Below the pieces are notes generated by a model, which saw nothing but the letters and a program-made list of their open reading frames with translations, ran no database searches and had not been told where the DNA came from. The position numbers and the translations under genes are program-made. From positions 558,001 to 622,000 of the forward strand of contig JAAOMT010000710.1 in assembly GCA_016748015.1 (NCBI GenBank): a stretch of 64,000 bases of DNA, in the 5' to 3' direction. The stretch is from Geosiphon pyriformis uo1 (lineage: Eukaryota; Fungi; Glomeromycota). Below, piece by piece: positions 63,961-64,000 of the stretch; positions within the stretch are counted from its first letter, which is position 1, and every line of letters begins with the position of its first letter.

Positions 63961-64000
63961 GAACATTTTAACACAAAAATATAACAAAACCAGAACAATA

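Larger units (their letters stand above)
56871..64000 (+). mobile_element. Ty3/Gypsy element A3 (runs off window end), inserted at the start of D1 ORF3
   Basis: Family-A LTR followed by PBS 57745 and gag; no PPT upstream. Confidence 0.9.

Overview
Almost the whole window is retroelement DNA from an AT-rich eukaryote. The proteins resemble what I recall of Glomeromycotina (Geosiphon-like) repeat proteins, which is unverified. It is a nested stack of Ty3/Gypsy LTR retrotransposons from about five related families (my labels A-E), sitting in a short remnant of a probable non-LTR element with an RNase H domain (37183-37538). Nesting from LTR ends and 4-bp TSDs: the remnant hosts C1 (-), solo LTR B2 and D1 (+); C1 hosts A0 (+) and B1 (-); A0 hosts A1 (1134-11151); D1 hosts E1 (-) and A3 (+); E1 hosts solo LTR B3. 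All copies are decayed, mostly by C>T/G>A changes. Comparing families gives a shared, unusual plan: LTR - PBS - ORF1 [GTG start, N-terminal extension, capsid, CCHC, protease, ~200-aa Cys-rich domain, dUTPase, possible degenerate dUTPase-like region, RT, RNase H, stop] - separate integrase ORF - non-env ORF3 - PPT - LTR. The LTRs carry family-specific U3 repeat arrays and a covarying hairpin with a palindromic loop. There is an assembly gap at 29186-29565. No host genes, tRNA, rRNA or CRISPR were seen.
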